Assembly: GCA_951812955.1 (NCBI GenBank)
Contig: OX638340.1
Span: 2,976,001-3,040,000, forward strand
Reading direction: 5' to 3'
DNA: 64,000 bases
Source: an uncultured Gemmatimonadota bacterium
GTDB taxonomy: Bacteria; JAAXHH01
The notes below the pieces were generated by a model. The model made no database searches. It was not told the DNA's origin and was given only the letters and a program-made list of their open reading frames with translations. The translations under genes were made by a program, and so were the position numbers. Below are positions 52,219 through 62,740 of the stretch, in pieces. Within the stretch, counting starts at the first letter, position 1. Every line of letters starts with the position of its first letter.

Positions 52219-53388
52219 TTAGTCTCTCAGGGCGAAAAGCACGTTCTGACCAGAAAAATTATCCGGTACGAGCAATTCGATGGATACCCTGTCGCCAGAG
52301 GGATGGAATGCGACGACGTAGTCCTGGCCGTCCCTGAAAGTGCGCGGGAACACGTCCACTTTCTTGATACTGTCCAACGACGGGAAGGCCGACCGTTCGA
52401 TCGTAAGTACCGTGCCTTCACGCAGGTCCTGCGACTGGGAGAAGTCCACGCCGGAGAGAGATTCGACACGGGGGCCGCCGAAGAACGGATCCTTGATGAC
52501 CATCGAGTCTTTCCAGTGATCCATGGTATTTACTGCGTAGAATATGGAGTTCAACTTCATCTCGGCCGCCAGCTTTGCCTGTTCCTCCATGTCCCGCTGT
52601 GCCAGCGCCTCGTCGCGGGCATCGCTCAACATCGCGATTTGCCCCGTCAGGCGTTCTTCCTCGCTGCGGAGGAATACGATACGCTCTTCGAGCATGTCCT
52701 TGACCTGGCCCAGCGAATCGGCGATGAACGCCGCACGGGCCTCGGCCGCGTCGCGCTCGTCGGTCAGCGTGGAGATGGTGCGCTCGATGCGCGCCCTGGC
52801 GATGCGTTGCGCACGGCCCGGCGACATGTCAGCCGTTCCCTGCGTCACGTAGGTGCCGAGGATGCCGTCCTTGTAGAGCAGCCAGACCTGGTTGCCGACG
52901 TTCAGGTCCTCCACCAGCGCGGTTTGCTCAACCACGTCGCGGGCTTCGGCTGTCGAAAGGCCGTGATTCTCCATGAGGTACTGCAGGGTGACCTGGATGT
53001 GGGAATCACCGCGCTGCACCGTGTAAGGCGCCGGAAGATCGTCTCGAAGATCCTGCATCTGCTGCTGCAGTTCCGCGACCTCGCCCCGGGTATCGATGAT
53101 CTCCTGTACGAGACCGCGGTACGAGACGTCCGCCTCGGTGGCCAGCATTTCGTTCAAAACGGCTTCGTGGTCGGGATTCAGCGCCATATTGGTCAACGAT
53201 TCCGCATCGACCTGACGATCAGGATGCGTTTCGTTGAACTGCGCTATCGTCGCCTGGATCGCATCCTGTCTTTCGCGGATTTCCTGCTCCGTAGCGTCCA
53301 ACCGTTCAACGAGCTCCTCGAAGTTCGCAGGTTCGGTGGCGCAGCCCATGAGCAGCGTCATGGATAGCAGTACGAATATACCTCGCAT
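52219..53388 (-). CDS. lipoprotein with LysM domain and coiled-coil regions (hypothetical)
   Basis: Lipobox LLMGC; LysM-like segment YTVQRGDSHIQVTLQYL; long Q/E/R-rich helices. Confidence 0.5.
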   Translation of the reverse strand: MRGIFVLLSMTLLMGCATEPANFEELVERLDATEQEIRERQDAIQATIAQFNETHPDRQVDAESLTNMALNPDHEAVLNEMLATEADVSYRGLVQEIIDTRGEVAELQQQMQDLRDDLPAPYTVQRGDSHIQVTLQYLMENHGLSTAEARDVVEQTALVEDLNVGNQVWLLYKDGILGTYVTQGTADMSPGRAQRIARARIERTISTLTDERDAAEARAAFIADSLGQVKDMLEERIVFLRSEEERLTGQIAMLSDARDEALAQRDMEEQAKLAAEMKLNSIFYAVNTMDHWKDSMVIKDPFFGGPRVESLSGVDFSQSQDLREGTVLTIERSAFPSLDSIKKVDVFPRTFRDGQDYVVAFHPSGDRVSIELLVPDNFSGQNVLFALRD

Positions 53389-53547
53389 TTGTTTCCTCCG
53401 TAAAAGAGTTTACCCTAACGAATCAAGCTTGAATCGTGGTAGATGTAGTTTTCTGATATTACACAATTATATGTAACAAGTCGAAATTTGTCAAGAATAC
53501 TTGGTTTGTGCGTCAAACTAATTTAGGCCGTTTTTATGTTATACGAT

Positions 53548-53618
53548 CCCGCTGAAATCGACCCTTAAGCGGAAGGCGCTGAGGATTCCGGTTCCCGCTG
53601 AAACCGACCCTTAAGCGA
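53548..53618. repeat. two direct 24-25-bp repeats (cccgctgaaa[t/c]cgacccttaagcg) in an AT-rich promoter-side intergenic region
   Basis: Copies at 53548-53572 and 53594-53618. Confidence 0.6.
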
Positions 53619-53663
53619 GACCTTTGCGGCAGGCACGCATGGGACTCCGGTCCGGCCTGCCGC

Positions 53664-54098
53664 TCAGTCCGGATACCTTCGTTTCATCTCCGCGACAGTC
53701 GTGCGCACCAGGGTTTCCAGCACGTCCATGTCCACGTCGGCCAGTTTGTTGATGTACAGACAGGACTTGCCGGTTTTGTGCTTGCCAAGGCGGAAAAGCA
53801 GGTCCTCGCATTCCCCGAAACCGATCAAGATGTAAATCGACAGGTTCTGCTTGCGCGGCGAGAACCCGACGATGGGCCAGTCGTATTCCTTCCCGCTGGC
53901 GTACCGGTAACTGTAGCGTCCGAACCCCACGATGGCCGGTCCCCACATAACTGGTTTTTCTCCCGTCACCCTGCGCATGAGATCCAGCAGGATATGCGCG
54001 TCTTCCCGTCTGCGCGGGTGGTCCACCGCGTCGATGAATGCTTCCACGCTGGCGTCAGTGGGCCGTGTCTTAAGGTCGGACATGGTGGTCCTTGTCAA
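53664..54098 (-). CDS. DUF1801 (YdhG/YdeI-like) domain protein
   Basis: 144 aa; family assignment by recollection of conserved W/G pattern. Tentative. Confidence 0.35.
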   Translation of the reverse strand: MTRTTMSDLKTRPTDASVEAFIDAVDHPRRREDAHILLDLMRRVTGEKPVMWGPAIVGFGRYSYRYASGKEYDWPIVGFSPRKQNLSIYILIGFGECEDLLFRLGKHKTGKSCLYINKLADVDMDVLETLVRTTVAEMKRRYPD

Positions 54099-54428
54099 AT
54101 GAGGTTACACGCGTGCTTCCGGCAACAACTCGGCCGGTCTCCTACCTGCCTGGCAGAAGCGGCTTGGTTTAACTTAGCCTTATCGTGGTTCTCATACATA
54201 TTTATGTCAATAGGAATCTGGGATCAACCGAGTACCGTTGTCGAACCCTGATGAAGTCACAATACGGCTTGACAGACCTGCGGTTTCGCCTACATTTATC
54301 TGTACCCACATTAAGCGGACCTTGTCCCTTGGTGTCGTGGTGCCATTACCCTCGATCTGATCGAACGCCTACCGGAACCGAAGAGGCAGACCGATATCCG
54401 GCGGTACGGATCAGCGCGCTCCTTCCGG

Positions 54429-56582
54429 ATGCCGGCGTTGCCGATAGCGGATATCCCGTACATGTCTCAAATCACCTCGCACCAGGATGCAGAACGACAA
54501 ACGAGTGAAGCGGTGCCGAACATTTCGTCCAGGCCGCCTGCCGATGCCCCGGTCGAAACCCGACCCGTGACCTACGTGTTCACCGGAGGCGGGACGGGCG
54601 GCCACGTCTATCCGGGTCTGGCCATCGCCGACGAGGTCCGGTCCCGGAACCCCGGGGTCCGGATCGTGTACATCGGCGCACGGGGCAGGATGGAAGCCTC
54701 CCTCGTGCCGAAGCGAGGCTATCCGATACACCTGGTCCATGCACGTGGACTGCCGTCGGGCAGGCGGGTTCTTGCGCTCCTGGGATTCGCGGCCTACACC
54801 GGATTCGGCGTTTTTCAAAGCCTGTTCCACCTGGTGCGGCATCGACCCCGCATGATTGTCGCCACGGGCGGCTATGCCAGCAGTCCCGTTCTCCTGGCCT
54901 ACTGGATGCTCAGAACACTCCGTCTCGCGGGGGCCTGTCGGTGTTTCGTCCACGAACAAAACGTCGTGCCCGGGAAGGTCAACCGTCTGGCCGGACGAAT
55001 CGCGGACCGTATCGGCGTATCTTTCGAAGCGTCGTTGCGACATTTTCCTGCGGGGAAGGCGACGTGGACGGGCTATCCAGTCAGGACGGAGATCGGCGCC
55101 GTGTCGGGCGCCGAAGCGCGTAGTTCACTGGGGCTTCCGTCCGAAGCGAAGGTCATTTTCGCCTTCGGCGCTTCGTCGGGCGCCCGTTCCATCAACCGGG
55201 CCGTGGTCGACGCGCTGCCCCGCCTGCTGTCCAGGCAGGATATCCACGTCATCCACGTTATCGGACAGACCCGAAGTCCGGATTACCACGCCGAAGCCGA
55301 CACCCTGGACCGCCTTGAGAGACTCGACCTCACCGATGAACAGCGGTCGAGATACCTCCAATCAGAGTACTCCCACGAAATCGAAACGCTCTACGCCGCC
55401 AGCGACCTGGTTATCACCCGTTCCAGTGCAGGGGTCATCACGGAGATCGGCATTTGCGGTATACCGTCCGTACTCGTACCGCTGCCCTACGCGCCCGGCG
55501 ACCATCAGGCCGTGAACGCCAGGACGCTCGAATCGAGCGGCGCGGCCAGCGTGGTGTACGAATCGATTTCCATGGAGAACGGCCAGACCATTGGCGAGGT
55601 CAACGGAGTGCGCCTGGCCCGTCTGGCCCTCGAGATCCTGGACGATCCGGCCCGACGCGACGCCATGATCCGGCGTGCGCGGGAGACCTTCGATCGCGGC
55701 GGGCTGGACCGGATCGCCGACCAGTTGGATCAGATATCGACAGACCGGCCGTCGGACCGGGTTCTCTCCAATGGCAGGCCCGATGAACCCGATGTTGCCG
55801 GGTCCGTTTTTCCCCCCGAACACGTGTTTTCCGCGTTTTCCCTGGTCCGCCGGTTCACGACGGACCGCGATCAGACATTCATCGACTCCGTGGGAGAAGA
55901 CTACCTCAAGTACCGTGTCGACGGATACCTCAAGAGCGCGCGCTGGCAGATCCGGAACGAAGGCGTCAAACTCGTCGGACTGCTCGGCTACCGGGATCGC
56001 CTGCCCTTCATCCTTGCGCTGCTGCGCGACAAGACACCGGCGCCCAGGTTGCAGCGGTTGTTTGGGGGAGATTACAGGCAGGTCGGCTTCATTCGCAGGA
56101 ACGCCGTGACGACGATCAGCCAGCTCGGTGTCTACGATACGCCGGTGCGCGCCACGCTGCTGGACCTGTTGTCGGATCCCTATTACGAAGTCCGGTCGGC
56201 CGCCGCCAGGGGTTTCGCCGCCCTCGCTCCGGAAACCGGGGATAGGGACGACGAGGTCCTGGGCGGACTGCGCGGCCTGTTGCGGGAATCCTCCTTCGAA
56301 GTCCGGTCTGCCGCCATACTCGCCATGGGCAAAACGGGCGACGGCGCCGTCGCGGAATGGCTCAGGCCCTTTTACCAGGACCCGAACGGGAAGGTCCGCC
56401 AGGCCGTCATCGACGCCCTGAACGACCTGGTCAGGAGGAAGATGATCGACGACCTGGATGGACTGCGCGAAGAACTCGACGGGATTCTGATCACCAGCAA
56501 TCACTTCGACCCGGACTTCCCGATTAAACGTACGCTGAACCGGCTGATCGACATGATCCGCCGTCAGCAGGAATCCCCATGA
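54429..56582 (+). CDS. murG: MurG glycosyltransferase fused to a C-terminal HEAT/PBS-lyase-like repeat domain
   Basis: N-terminal FTGGGTGGHVYPGLAIA (MurG G-loop) and GT-B fold to about residue 400. C-terminal ~300 aa has repeated alpha-helical units (EVRSAAARGFAAL, EVRSAAILAMGKTGD, KVRQAVIDALNDL). Confidence 0.75.
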   Translation: MPALPIADIPYMSQITSHQDAERQTSEAVPNISSRPPADAPVETRPVTYVFTGGGTGGHVYPGLAIADEVRSRNPGVRIVYIGARGRMEASLVPKRGYPIHLVHARGLPSGRRVLALLGFAAYTGFGVFQSLFHLVRHRPRMIVATGGYASSPVLLAYWMLRTLRLAGACRCFVHEQNVVPGKVNRLAGRIADRIGVSFEASLRHFPAGKATWTGYPVRTEIGAVSGAEARSSLGLPSEAKVIFAFGASSGARSINRAVVDALPRLLSRQDIHVIHVIGQTRSPDYHAEADTLDRLERLDLTDEQRSRYLQSEYSHEIETLYAASDLVITRSSAGVITEIGICGIPSVLVPLPYAPGDHQAVNARTLESSGAASVVYESISMENGQTIGEVNGVRLARLALEILDDPARRDAMIRRARETFDRGGLDRIADQLDQISTDRPSDRVLSNGRPDEPDVAGSVFPPEHVFSAFSLVRRFTTDRDQTFIDSVGEDYLKYRVDGYLKSARWQIRNEGVKLVGLLGYRDRLPFILALLRDKTPAPRLQRLFGGDYRQVGFIRRNAVTTISQLGVYDTPVRATLLDLLSDPYYEVRSAAARGFAALAPETGDRDDEVLGGLRGLLRESSFEVRSAAILAMGKTGDGAVAEWLRPFYQDPNGKVRQAVIDALNDLVRRKMIDDLDGLREELDGILITSNHFDPDFPIKRTLNRLIDMIRRQQESP

Positions 56583-56589
56583 GCGCCCT

Positions 56590-57699
56590 ATGATCTATCA
56601 CCTGGTCACGTACCTGTTCGATACCGTCGATTCACTATCGTTTCTGCGCCTTTTCCAGTACCTGAGCTTCCGCGCCATCTGCGCGGCGCTGACGGGATTC
56701 GGCGTAACGCTGCTATTCGGCCAACGCATCATCCGCCTGTTGTACGTGAACCACGTGCGGGACAATCCCCGGACGCACGGCGAGGTTTCCACCGCCTCGA
56801 AGGCCGGTACGCCGCTCATGGGCGGGCTGCTGATCATCGCGTCCATTTTCGCCAGCATCCTGCTTTGGAGCGACCTGCTCAACCGCTTCACCATGGTCTT
56901 CCTGCTCGCACTGGTCTGGTTCTCCCTGTTCGGTTTCATCGACGACTACCGGAAGGTCAGGTACCGGGACAGCGACCGCGGCCTGTCCCAGGCCGCCAAG
57001 CTGTTTTTTCAGGCGGTGTTCGGCTTCGGCTTCGGACTGATCTTCCTGCTGCCCGACCTGTCACCCGTGTCGGCGGAGATCTCATCGGAACTCTATCTCC
57101 CCTTCGTCAAGGACCCTGTCCTCGACCTGGGCTGGTGGTACCTGCCCTTCATAGCCTTCGTCATAGTGGCAATTGCCAACGCGGTGAATTTCGCCGACGG
57201 CCTGGACGGACTGTCTATCGTACCGGTCTCGTTCACGGTGGTTGTGTACGGGGTGTTCGCCTATGTCATAGGAAACGCCATCTATTCCGGATACCTGCAA
57301 TTCACCTACCTGCCGGGCAGCGGTGAATTGACGGTGATCTGTGCGGGAGTATTCGGCGCTTGCATGGGTTTCCTATGGTACAACGCCTATCCCGCCCAGG
57401 TATTCATGGGCGACGTCGGCGCCCTGCCCCTGGGTGGGATCGTCGGCACTCTTGCCGTACTGCTCAAACAGGAGTTCCTCTTCGTCATCACCGGCGGGAT
57501 CTTCGTCGCCATGGCCTTCTCGGTCCTGGTGCAGGAAAAGATCGGAATCAGATGGCTCGGCCGGCGCATCTTCTACATGGCGCCGCTCCATCATGCCTTC
57601 CAGTACCGGGGCCTGGCCGAGACGAAGGTCGTGATCCGGATCTGGATCATCGCGGGTATCCTGGCGATCATCGGACTGTCTACGCTGAAGATCCGGTAG
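56590..57699 (+). CDS. mraY: phospho-N-acetylmuramoyl-pentapeptide transferase
   Basis: 369 aa polytopic; NAVNFADGLDGL and PAQVFMGDVGALPLGG MraY signatures. Confidence 0.9.
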   Translation: MIYHLVTYLFDTVDSLSFLRLFQYLSFRAICAALTGFGVTLLFGQRIIRLLYVNHVRDNPRTHGEVSTASKAGTPLMGGLLIIASIFASILLWSDLLNRFTMVFLLALVWFSLFGFIDDYRKVRYRDSDRGLSQAAKLFFQAVFGFGFGLIFLLPDLSPVSAEISSELYLPFVKDPVLDLGWWYLPFIAFVIVAIANAVNFADGLDGLSIVPVSFTVVVYGVFAYVIGNAIYSGYLQFTYLPGSGELTVICAGVFGACMGFLWYNAYPAQVFMGDVGALPLGGIVGTLAVLLKQEFLFVITGGIFVAMAFSVLVQEKIGIRWLGRRIFYMAPLHHAFQYRGLAETKVVIRIWIIAGILAIIGLSTLKIR

Positions 57700-57725
57700 G
57701 CGCGGCGGAAGGGCGGTGGCCTCAA

Positions 57726-58820
57726 GTGATCGAGATACAGTATACGAAGTGGATTCCCCGCGTCGACGATGTCGAAGACCGACTCGAACAACTGTTCGGC
57801 CTGTTGAGCCAGATTCTCATCCATACCAGCGGCGACGTGGAGGAAGCCCTGAAATGGATGCGCTACATCGACCAGCGCCAGGGCATCTTCGACGACAACA
57901 TCAGCTATGAATCCTTCGTCAAGGAACTCGAAAAGCGGGGTTACGTAAAGCAGGACGAAAACGAGTTCACCCTCACTGAAAAGGGCGGGCGGCGTATCCG
58001 CGAGGATTCGCTCCGCTTTGTCTACGGCAGTCTCAAGAAGGGATTGAGCGGGGGGCACGAGACGCCCTTCGAGGGGGAAGGCGTGGAAAGACTGAGCGAG
58101 ACCCGTCCCTACCGCTACGGCGACCAGGCGTCGAACGTCGATTTTACCTCTACCCTCGGCAATGCGATCCGCCGGTCCGGATTCAATCTGGACCTGCACG
58201 AGGACGACTTCGAGGTCTACGAGGTCGAACACACCACGTCATGCGCTACCGTCATGCTCCTAGACGTCAGCCACAGCATGATCCTCTACGGCGAGGACCG
58301 CATTTCCCCGGCCAAGCGAGTGGCCATGGCCCTGGCGGAGCTCATTCTCCGCAAGTACCCGAAGGACGAACTGCATCTCGTCCTCTTTGGCGACGACGCG
58401 AAGCAGGTGAAGATCGAAGACCTGCCCTACGTCTCGGTCGGCCCTTACCACACGAACACCAAGGCCGGCCTCCTCATGGCCCGGAACATCCTGCGCCGGA
58501 CCCGGAACGTCAACAAGCAGGTCTTCATGATTACCGACGGCAAGCCTTCGGCCATCTACGACCGGAACGGCCGCCTGTACCTGAATTCATTCGGTCTTGA
58601 CCCCCGGATCGTGAACCGGACCCTCGACGAGGCCATAACCTGCCGCCGGGAGAAGATCACCATCAGCACCTTCATGGTCACCCAGGATCCCTACCTTGTC
58701 GGCTTCGTGGAGAAACTCACGGAGATGAACCACGGCCGCGCCTATTACTCCTCGCTCGACAGCCTGGGTGAGTACATTCTCGTGGACTATGTCAAGAACC
58801 GCCGCCGCCGGGTGAATTGA
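57726..58820 (+). CDS. von Willebrand factor type A (VWA) domain protein
   Basis: GTG start; MIDAS motif LLDVSHSM (DxSxS) followed by T and D positions; 364 aa. Confidence 0.6.
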   Translation: MIEIQYTKWIPRVDDVEDRLEQLFGLLSQILIHTSGDVEEALKWMRYIDQRQGIFDDNISYESFVKELEKRGYVKQDENEFTLTEKGGRRIREDSLRFVYGSLKKGLSGGHETPFEGEGVERLSETRPYRYGDQASNVDFTSTLGNAIRRSGFNLDLHEDDFEVYEVEHTTSCATVMLLDVSHSMILYGEDRISPAKRVAMALAELILRKYPKDELHLVLFGDDAKQVKIEDLPYVSVGPYHTNTKAGLLMARNILRRTRNVNKQVFMITDGKPSAIYDRNGRLYLNSFGLDPRIVNRTLDEAITCRREKITISTFMVTQDPYLVGFVEKLTEMNHGRAYYSSLDSLGEYILVDYVKNRRRRVN

Positions 58821-59121
58821 GGACGGGCATTTTCCCGGGTATTCCGGTCGGGCGATTGGTTGCGGACTACCGTGGCCTGCGTCATGCGTTCCGGTGCAGC
58901 GCAGTCATGGTTATTTCGTTTTAGTCAATAAAATAGAATAGTATTAAATCTTATTCCATTAATCCTAATAACATGTGTATCAGGTATCTCCTTCGGAAAT
59001 AGAACGAATCTTGACTGTAGTATCGCCTTGTGCGTAAAAGGACGCTGTTGTAAATTAAGTCTTAAAATGGAATAGCAAACTATGTAATTCCACCAAATGA
59101 AATAAAGAAAGGGCGGCAGTA

Positions 59122-60285
59122 GTGGAACGGGGACTGAGTGGCACCTATGACCGAATGACCATAGGTGGAGAAACGGTACAGGCCTTTGTACCGCTGCCAT
59201 TGCCTCCCAATCCACGACTGGATCTGGACGGACCGCTACAACAGTTATTCGAATCTGCGGTACTCGCCCTGGGACGGCTCGACAGCATTACGACGCTCCT
59301 CCCCGATGAGGAGCTTTTCCTTTATGCCTACGTGCGTAAGGAAGCGGTACTTTCTTCCCAGATCGAAGGCACTCAGTCTTCATTATCAGACCTTTTGCTC
59401 TTCGAACTAGAAGATGTCCCAGGCACACCAAACATCGATGTACATGAAGTCTCAAATTATGTAGCGGCGATGGAACATGGATTAAATCGTCTGAAGAATA
59501 ACTTCCCGTTATCGAATCGACTGATCCGCGAAGCACATAAAATACTATTGTCTCACGGTCGAGGCAGTTCCAAGTCTCCGGGTGAATTCAGACGGTCGCA
59601 GAACTGGATTGGAGGCACTCGCCCGGGCAACGCCATCTATGTGCCTCCACCACAAACGGTCTTACCGGACTGCATGGCCGAGTTCGAGCGTTTTCTGCAC
59701 ACGGAGGACGACGGGTTGCCCGTGTTGCTACGTGCGGGACTGGCCCATGTTCAGTTTGAGACCATCCACCCGTTTCTCGATGGGAACGGTCGAGTTGGTC
59801 GGTTGCTTATCACGTTGCTGTTATGCCAAGCAGGGATACTGCACCAACCCATGCTGTACTTGAGCTTGTACTTCAAGCAACATCGCAGCGAATACTACGA
59901 GTTGCTTAACAACGTACGCCTCACCGGCAACTGGGAAGAATGGCTTTCCTTTTTCCTTGAAGGAGTTAAAATCACAGCCGACGGCGCGGTCGGTACGGTT
60001 CAGCGACTCAACACAATGTTCAGACTGGATCGAGACAGGATCGAGGAGGTCGCAGGTAGAAAAGCCGGATCAGCGCTACGTGTACACGAAGCACTTAAAT
60101 CTCAAATGCTTCTGTCTCTTCCTGCTACCCGTCTCAAAACCGGTCTGTCTTATCAGGCAACAGCCACTGCCATGGATCTACTGGTTTCACTGGGTATCGC
60201 ACAGGAAATCACGGGGAAGCGCCGCAACCGGCTCTACGTTTATAAAAAGTATTTGTCTATTCTCAACGAAGGGACCGAAGTTTAG
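59122..60285 (+). CDS. Fic-family protein (class II, with N-terminal inhibitory motif and C-terminal winged-helix)
   Basis: Fic core HPFLDGNGRVGR; upstream SSQIEG matches the [ST]xxxE[GN] inhibitory helix motif; lower GC than surroundings; AT-rich 5' region. Confidence 0.8.
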   Translation: MERGLSGTYDRMTIGGETVQAFVPLPLPPNPRLDLDGPLQQLFESAVLALGRLDSITTLLPDEELFLYAYVRKEAVLSSQIEGTQSSLSDLLLFELEDVPGTPNIDVHEVSNYVAAMEHGLNRLKNNFPLSNRLIREAHKILLSHGRGSSKSPGEFRRSQNWIGGTRPGNAIYVPPPQTVLPDCMAEFERFLHTEDDGLPVLLRAGLAHVQFETIHPFLDGNGRVGRLLITLLLCQAGILHQPMLYLSLYFKQHRSEYYELLNNVRLTGNWEEWLSFFLEGVKITADGAVGTVQRLNTMFRLDRDRIEEVAGRKAGSALRVHEALKSQMLLSLPATRLKTGLSYQATATAMDLLVSLGIAQEITGKRRNRLYVYKKYLSILNEGTEV

Positions 60286-60412
60286 CTACCAGGTTTACTC
60301 GGTCTGGAATAATGAGAACGGTCGGCCATTGGCGTTCGTTTCGAATTGTAAAGGACGGACTATGTTCAATGAACAAGCGCACTCCCTGCGGTCTCCTTGA
60401 CTATCGGCCACC

Positions 60413-61048
60413 ATGACCCCTGCCTCGTTTGTGCATTCCCTTCAGCAACTCGAGTTCGATCAGGTATTCAACCCGTACACGGATCGATGTTCCGTATACG
60501 ACCGGGAAGACGCCCCGCTCTTGCGATCGCGGCTTCTGCGAGACATGGTCGAATCGGCAACTGAATCAAGACTCGATGCACTTTGGGTCGGCCGCGACTA
60601 CAGCTACCGCGGTGGGCGCCGTACAGGCCTGGCTTTCACCGACGACGTACACCTCGGCGAACACGCGCTCAGGTGGGGGCTGACGATGCAACGGCCGGTC
60701 CGTGGCGATCCGGTCAAGGAACGCTCCGCCAGCATAGTCTGGAGCGTACTGTCTCGCATCGAGGCGACCGTATTCCTCTGGAACGTCTTTCCTCTACACC
60801 CCCACGAGCCGGGCAATCCCTTCAGCAACAGGTCCCACAATGCGCAGGAGCGCCGGGCAGGACAGTCCCTCCTCGATCAGCTGGTCCGGCTTCTGCAACC
60901 GTCCGCCATTATCGCCATTGGAAACGACGCGGAAAAGGCGGCCCTAAGGCTCGAGAGACCCGCGGAGGTCACAAAGGTACGCCATCCCAGCTATGGGGGC
61001 CGGACCGAGTTCCTGGAAGGCATGAAAACGTACTACGGTTTCCGCTGA
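60413..61048 (+). CDS. uracil-DNA-glycosylase-superfamily-like protein (tentative)
   Basis: VGRDYSYRGGRRTGLAFTD resembles UDG motif A (GEAPG...G.PF.G); C-terminal VRHPSY resembles motif B (HPS). Confidence 0.35.
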   Translation: MTPASFVHSLQQLEFDQVFNPYTDRCSVYDREDAPLLRSRLLRDMVESATESRLDALWVGRDYSYRGGRRTGLAFTDDVHLGEHALRWGLTMQRPVRGDPVKERSASIVWSVLSRIEATVFLWNVFPLHPHEPGNPFSNRSHNAQERRAGQSLLDQLVRLLQPSAIIAIGNDAEKAALRLERPAEVTKVRHPSYGGRTEFLEGMKTYYGFR

Positions 61049-61276
61049 ATCGATTCGGCGCGGAACGTCGGTGTCCCGGCCGGACGACCCGCTCCGCACG
61101 GTCCTGCAAACCGCCGTACTTTCATCCACGGGTTGATACACGGAACCCGTTTGATCTGGCTTGACGAGCCGGAATCGGCCGTGTAGTATATCTCGACACA
61201 CTCAACACGATCAAACCACATTTATTTTCATCATCCCATCACCCACTATCATCGGTGTCAGCCGGGAGATCACACC

Positions 61277-62683
61277 ATGAGTGCATTGCTCAGTCACGTA
61301 TTGTCTTACAGGCCGCGCGGCATTTCGTCGATGAAACTGCTGGCCGTGCTGGCAGCGGCGGTCTGCGGCGCAGGGACCGCCTTTGCCATGGCGGAGCACG
61401 AAGGCGTCCTCGTCTCATCGCCGGACCAGTTCGTGTTCAACACCATTTCCTTCATGCTCTGGGGCGCACTGGTGATGTGGATGTGTGCTGGTTTTACCAT
61501 GCTTGAATCCGGGTCGGTGCGGACCAAGAACGCCTCCATGATCTGCCTGAAGAACATCGGCCTCTATTCCATCGCCGGGATCGCCTACTATTTCCTGGGT
61601 TACAATCTCATGTACGTCGACGTGGGTAGTTTCGTGGGATCATTCTCGCTTTCGTACGGACCGACGGCCGACGAGATCGCCCTGGTGAACGGTACGGAGT
61701 CGGCCGCAGCCGAGGTGATCGCACTGGGATACTCCACCATGTCGGACTGGTTCTTCCAGATGGTTTTCGTGGCCACGGCCGCATCCATCGTTTCGGGCGC
61801 GCTGGCGGAAAGAGTCAAGCTCTGGTCTTTCTTTATCTTCGTCCTGTTCCTCACCGGGGTCATCTATCCCGTCGTCGGTGCGTGGACCTGGGGCGAGGGT
61901 TGGCTCAGCCAGTTGGGGTTCAAGGATTTCGCGGGATCCACGATCGTCCACAGCACGGGCGGATGGGCGGCCCTGGCCGGCCTGATCGTCGTCGGCCCCA
62001 GACTCGGCAAGTACCGCAAGGACGGTTCGGTAAAAAACACCCCGCCTTCCAACGTGCTGGTGGTGACCCTGGGCGTCTTCATCCTGTGGCTCGGATGGTT
62101 CGGATTCAACGGCGGTTCGCAGCTGGCGCTGGGTAGTCCACTGGACGCCGTGGCGATGAGTCACGTCCTCGTGAATACCAACCTGGCGGCCGCGGCGGGC
62201 GCGCTCATGGCGCTGTTCTGCACGCGGCCCGTCTTCGGCCGTATCGATCTATTCGCCTGCCTGAACGGCGCCATTGCGGGCCTGGTCTCGATCACTGCGG
62301 GACCGGACATGGTGCAGCACTACTGGGCCCTCATCATCGGGGCCATCGGCGGCGTCATCTGCACGGTTGGGATGAAACTGTTGGAATCGGTTAGAATCGA
62401 CGACGTGGTCGGCGCCGTGCCCGCCCATCTCTTCGCGGGCATCTGGGGTACGGTGGCCGTGTGTATCGTGAGTGGAGGCAACCTGGGCGTGCAGTTGATC
62501 GGCATTCTCTCGATCGGCGCTTTCGTCTTCGCAGCGTCCTGGGTGATCTGGAAGCTGATCGACCTGGTCCTTTCCGTCCGGGTGACTGCCCAGGTCGAAC
62601 GGCTGGGACAGGACGTCGGGGAACTCGGCATCGAGGCGTATCCCGAATTCGTGCTTACGCCCGAAGAACTGGATGAAGACTGA
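61277..62683 (+). CDS. amt: ammonium transporter (Amt/MEP family)
   Basis: Amt signature segments (DFAGSTIVHSTGGWAALAG, twin-His context). Likely true start at 61331 (MKLLAVLAAAV signal peptide). Confidence 0.9.
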   Translation: MSALLSHVLSYRPRGISSMKLLAVLAAAVCGAGTAFAMAEHEGVLVSSPDQFVFNTISFMLWGALVMWMCAGFTMLESGSVRTKNASMICLKNIGLYSIAGIAYYFLGYNLMYVDVGSFVGSFSLSYGPTADEIALVNGTESAAAEVIALGYSTMSDWFFQMVFVATAASIVSGALAERVKLWSFFIFVLFLTGVIYPVVGAWTWGEGWLSQLGFKDFAGSTIVHSTGGWAALAGLIVVGPRLGKYRKDGSVKNTPPSNVLVVTLGVFILWLGWFGFNGGSQLALGSPLDAVAMSHVLVNTNLAAAAGALMALFCTRPVFGRIDLFACLNGAIAGLVSITAGPDMVQHYWALIIGAIGGVICTVGMKLLESVRIDDVVGAVPAHLFAGIWGTVAVCIVSGGNLGVQLIGILSIGAFVFAASWVIWKLIDLVLSVRVTAQVERLGQDVGELGIEAYPEFVLTPEELDED

Positions 62684-62740
62684 AATCAAGGAAGGCGGAG
62701 CGCCATGCCGCCTGCTCATGACCCCGATTGAAGAAATAAG

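Noticed and set aside
52141-53367. 408-aa plus ORF antisense to the LysM lipoprotein gene; 55362..56504 minus antisense to murG
   Set aside because: Shadow ORFs with no motifs.
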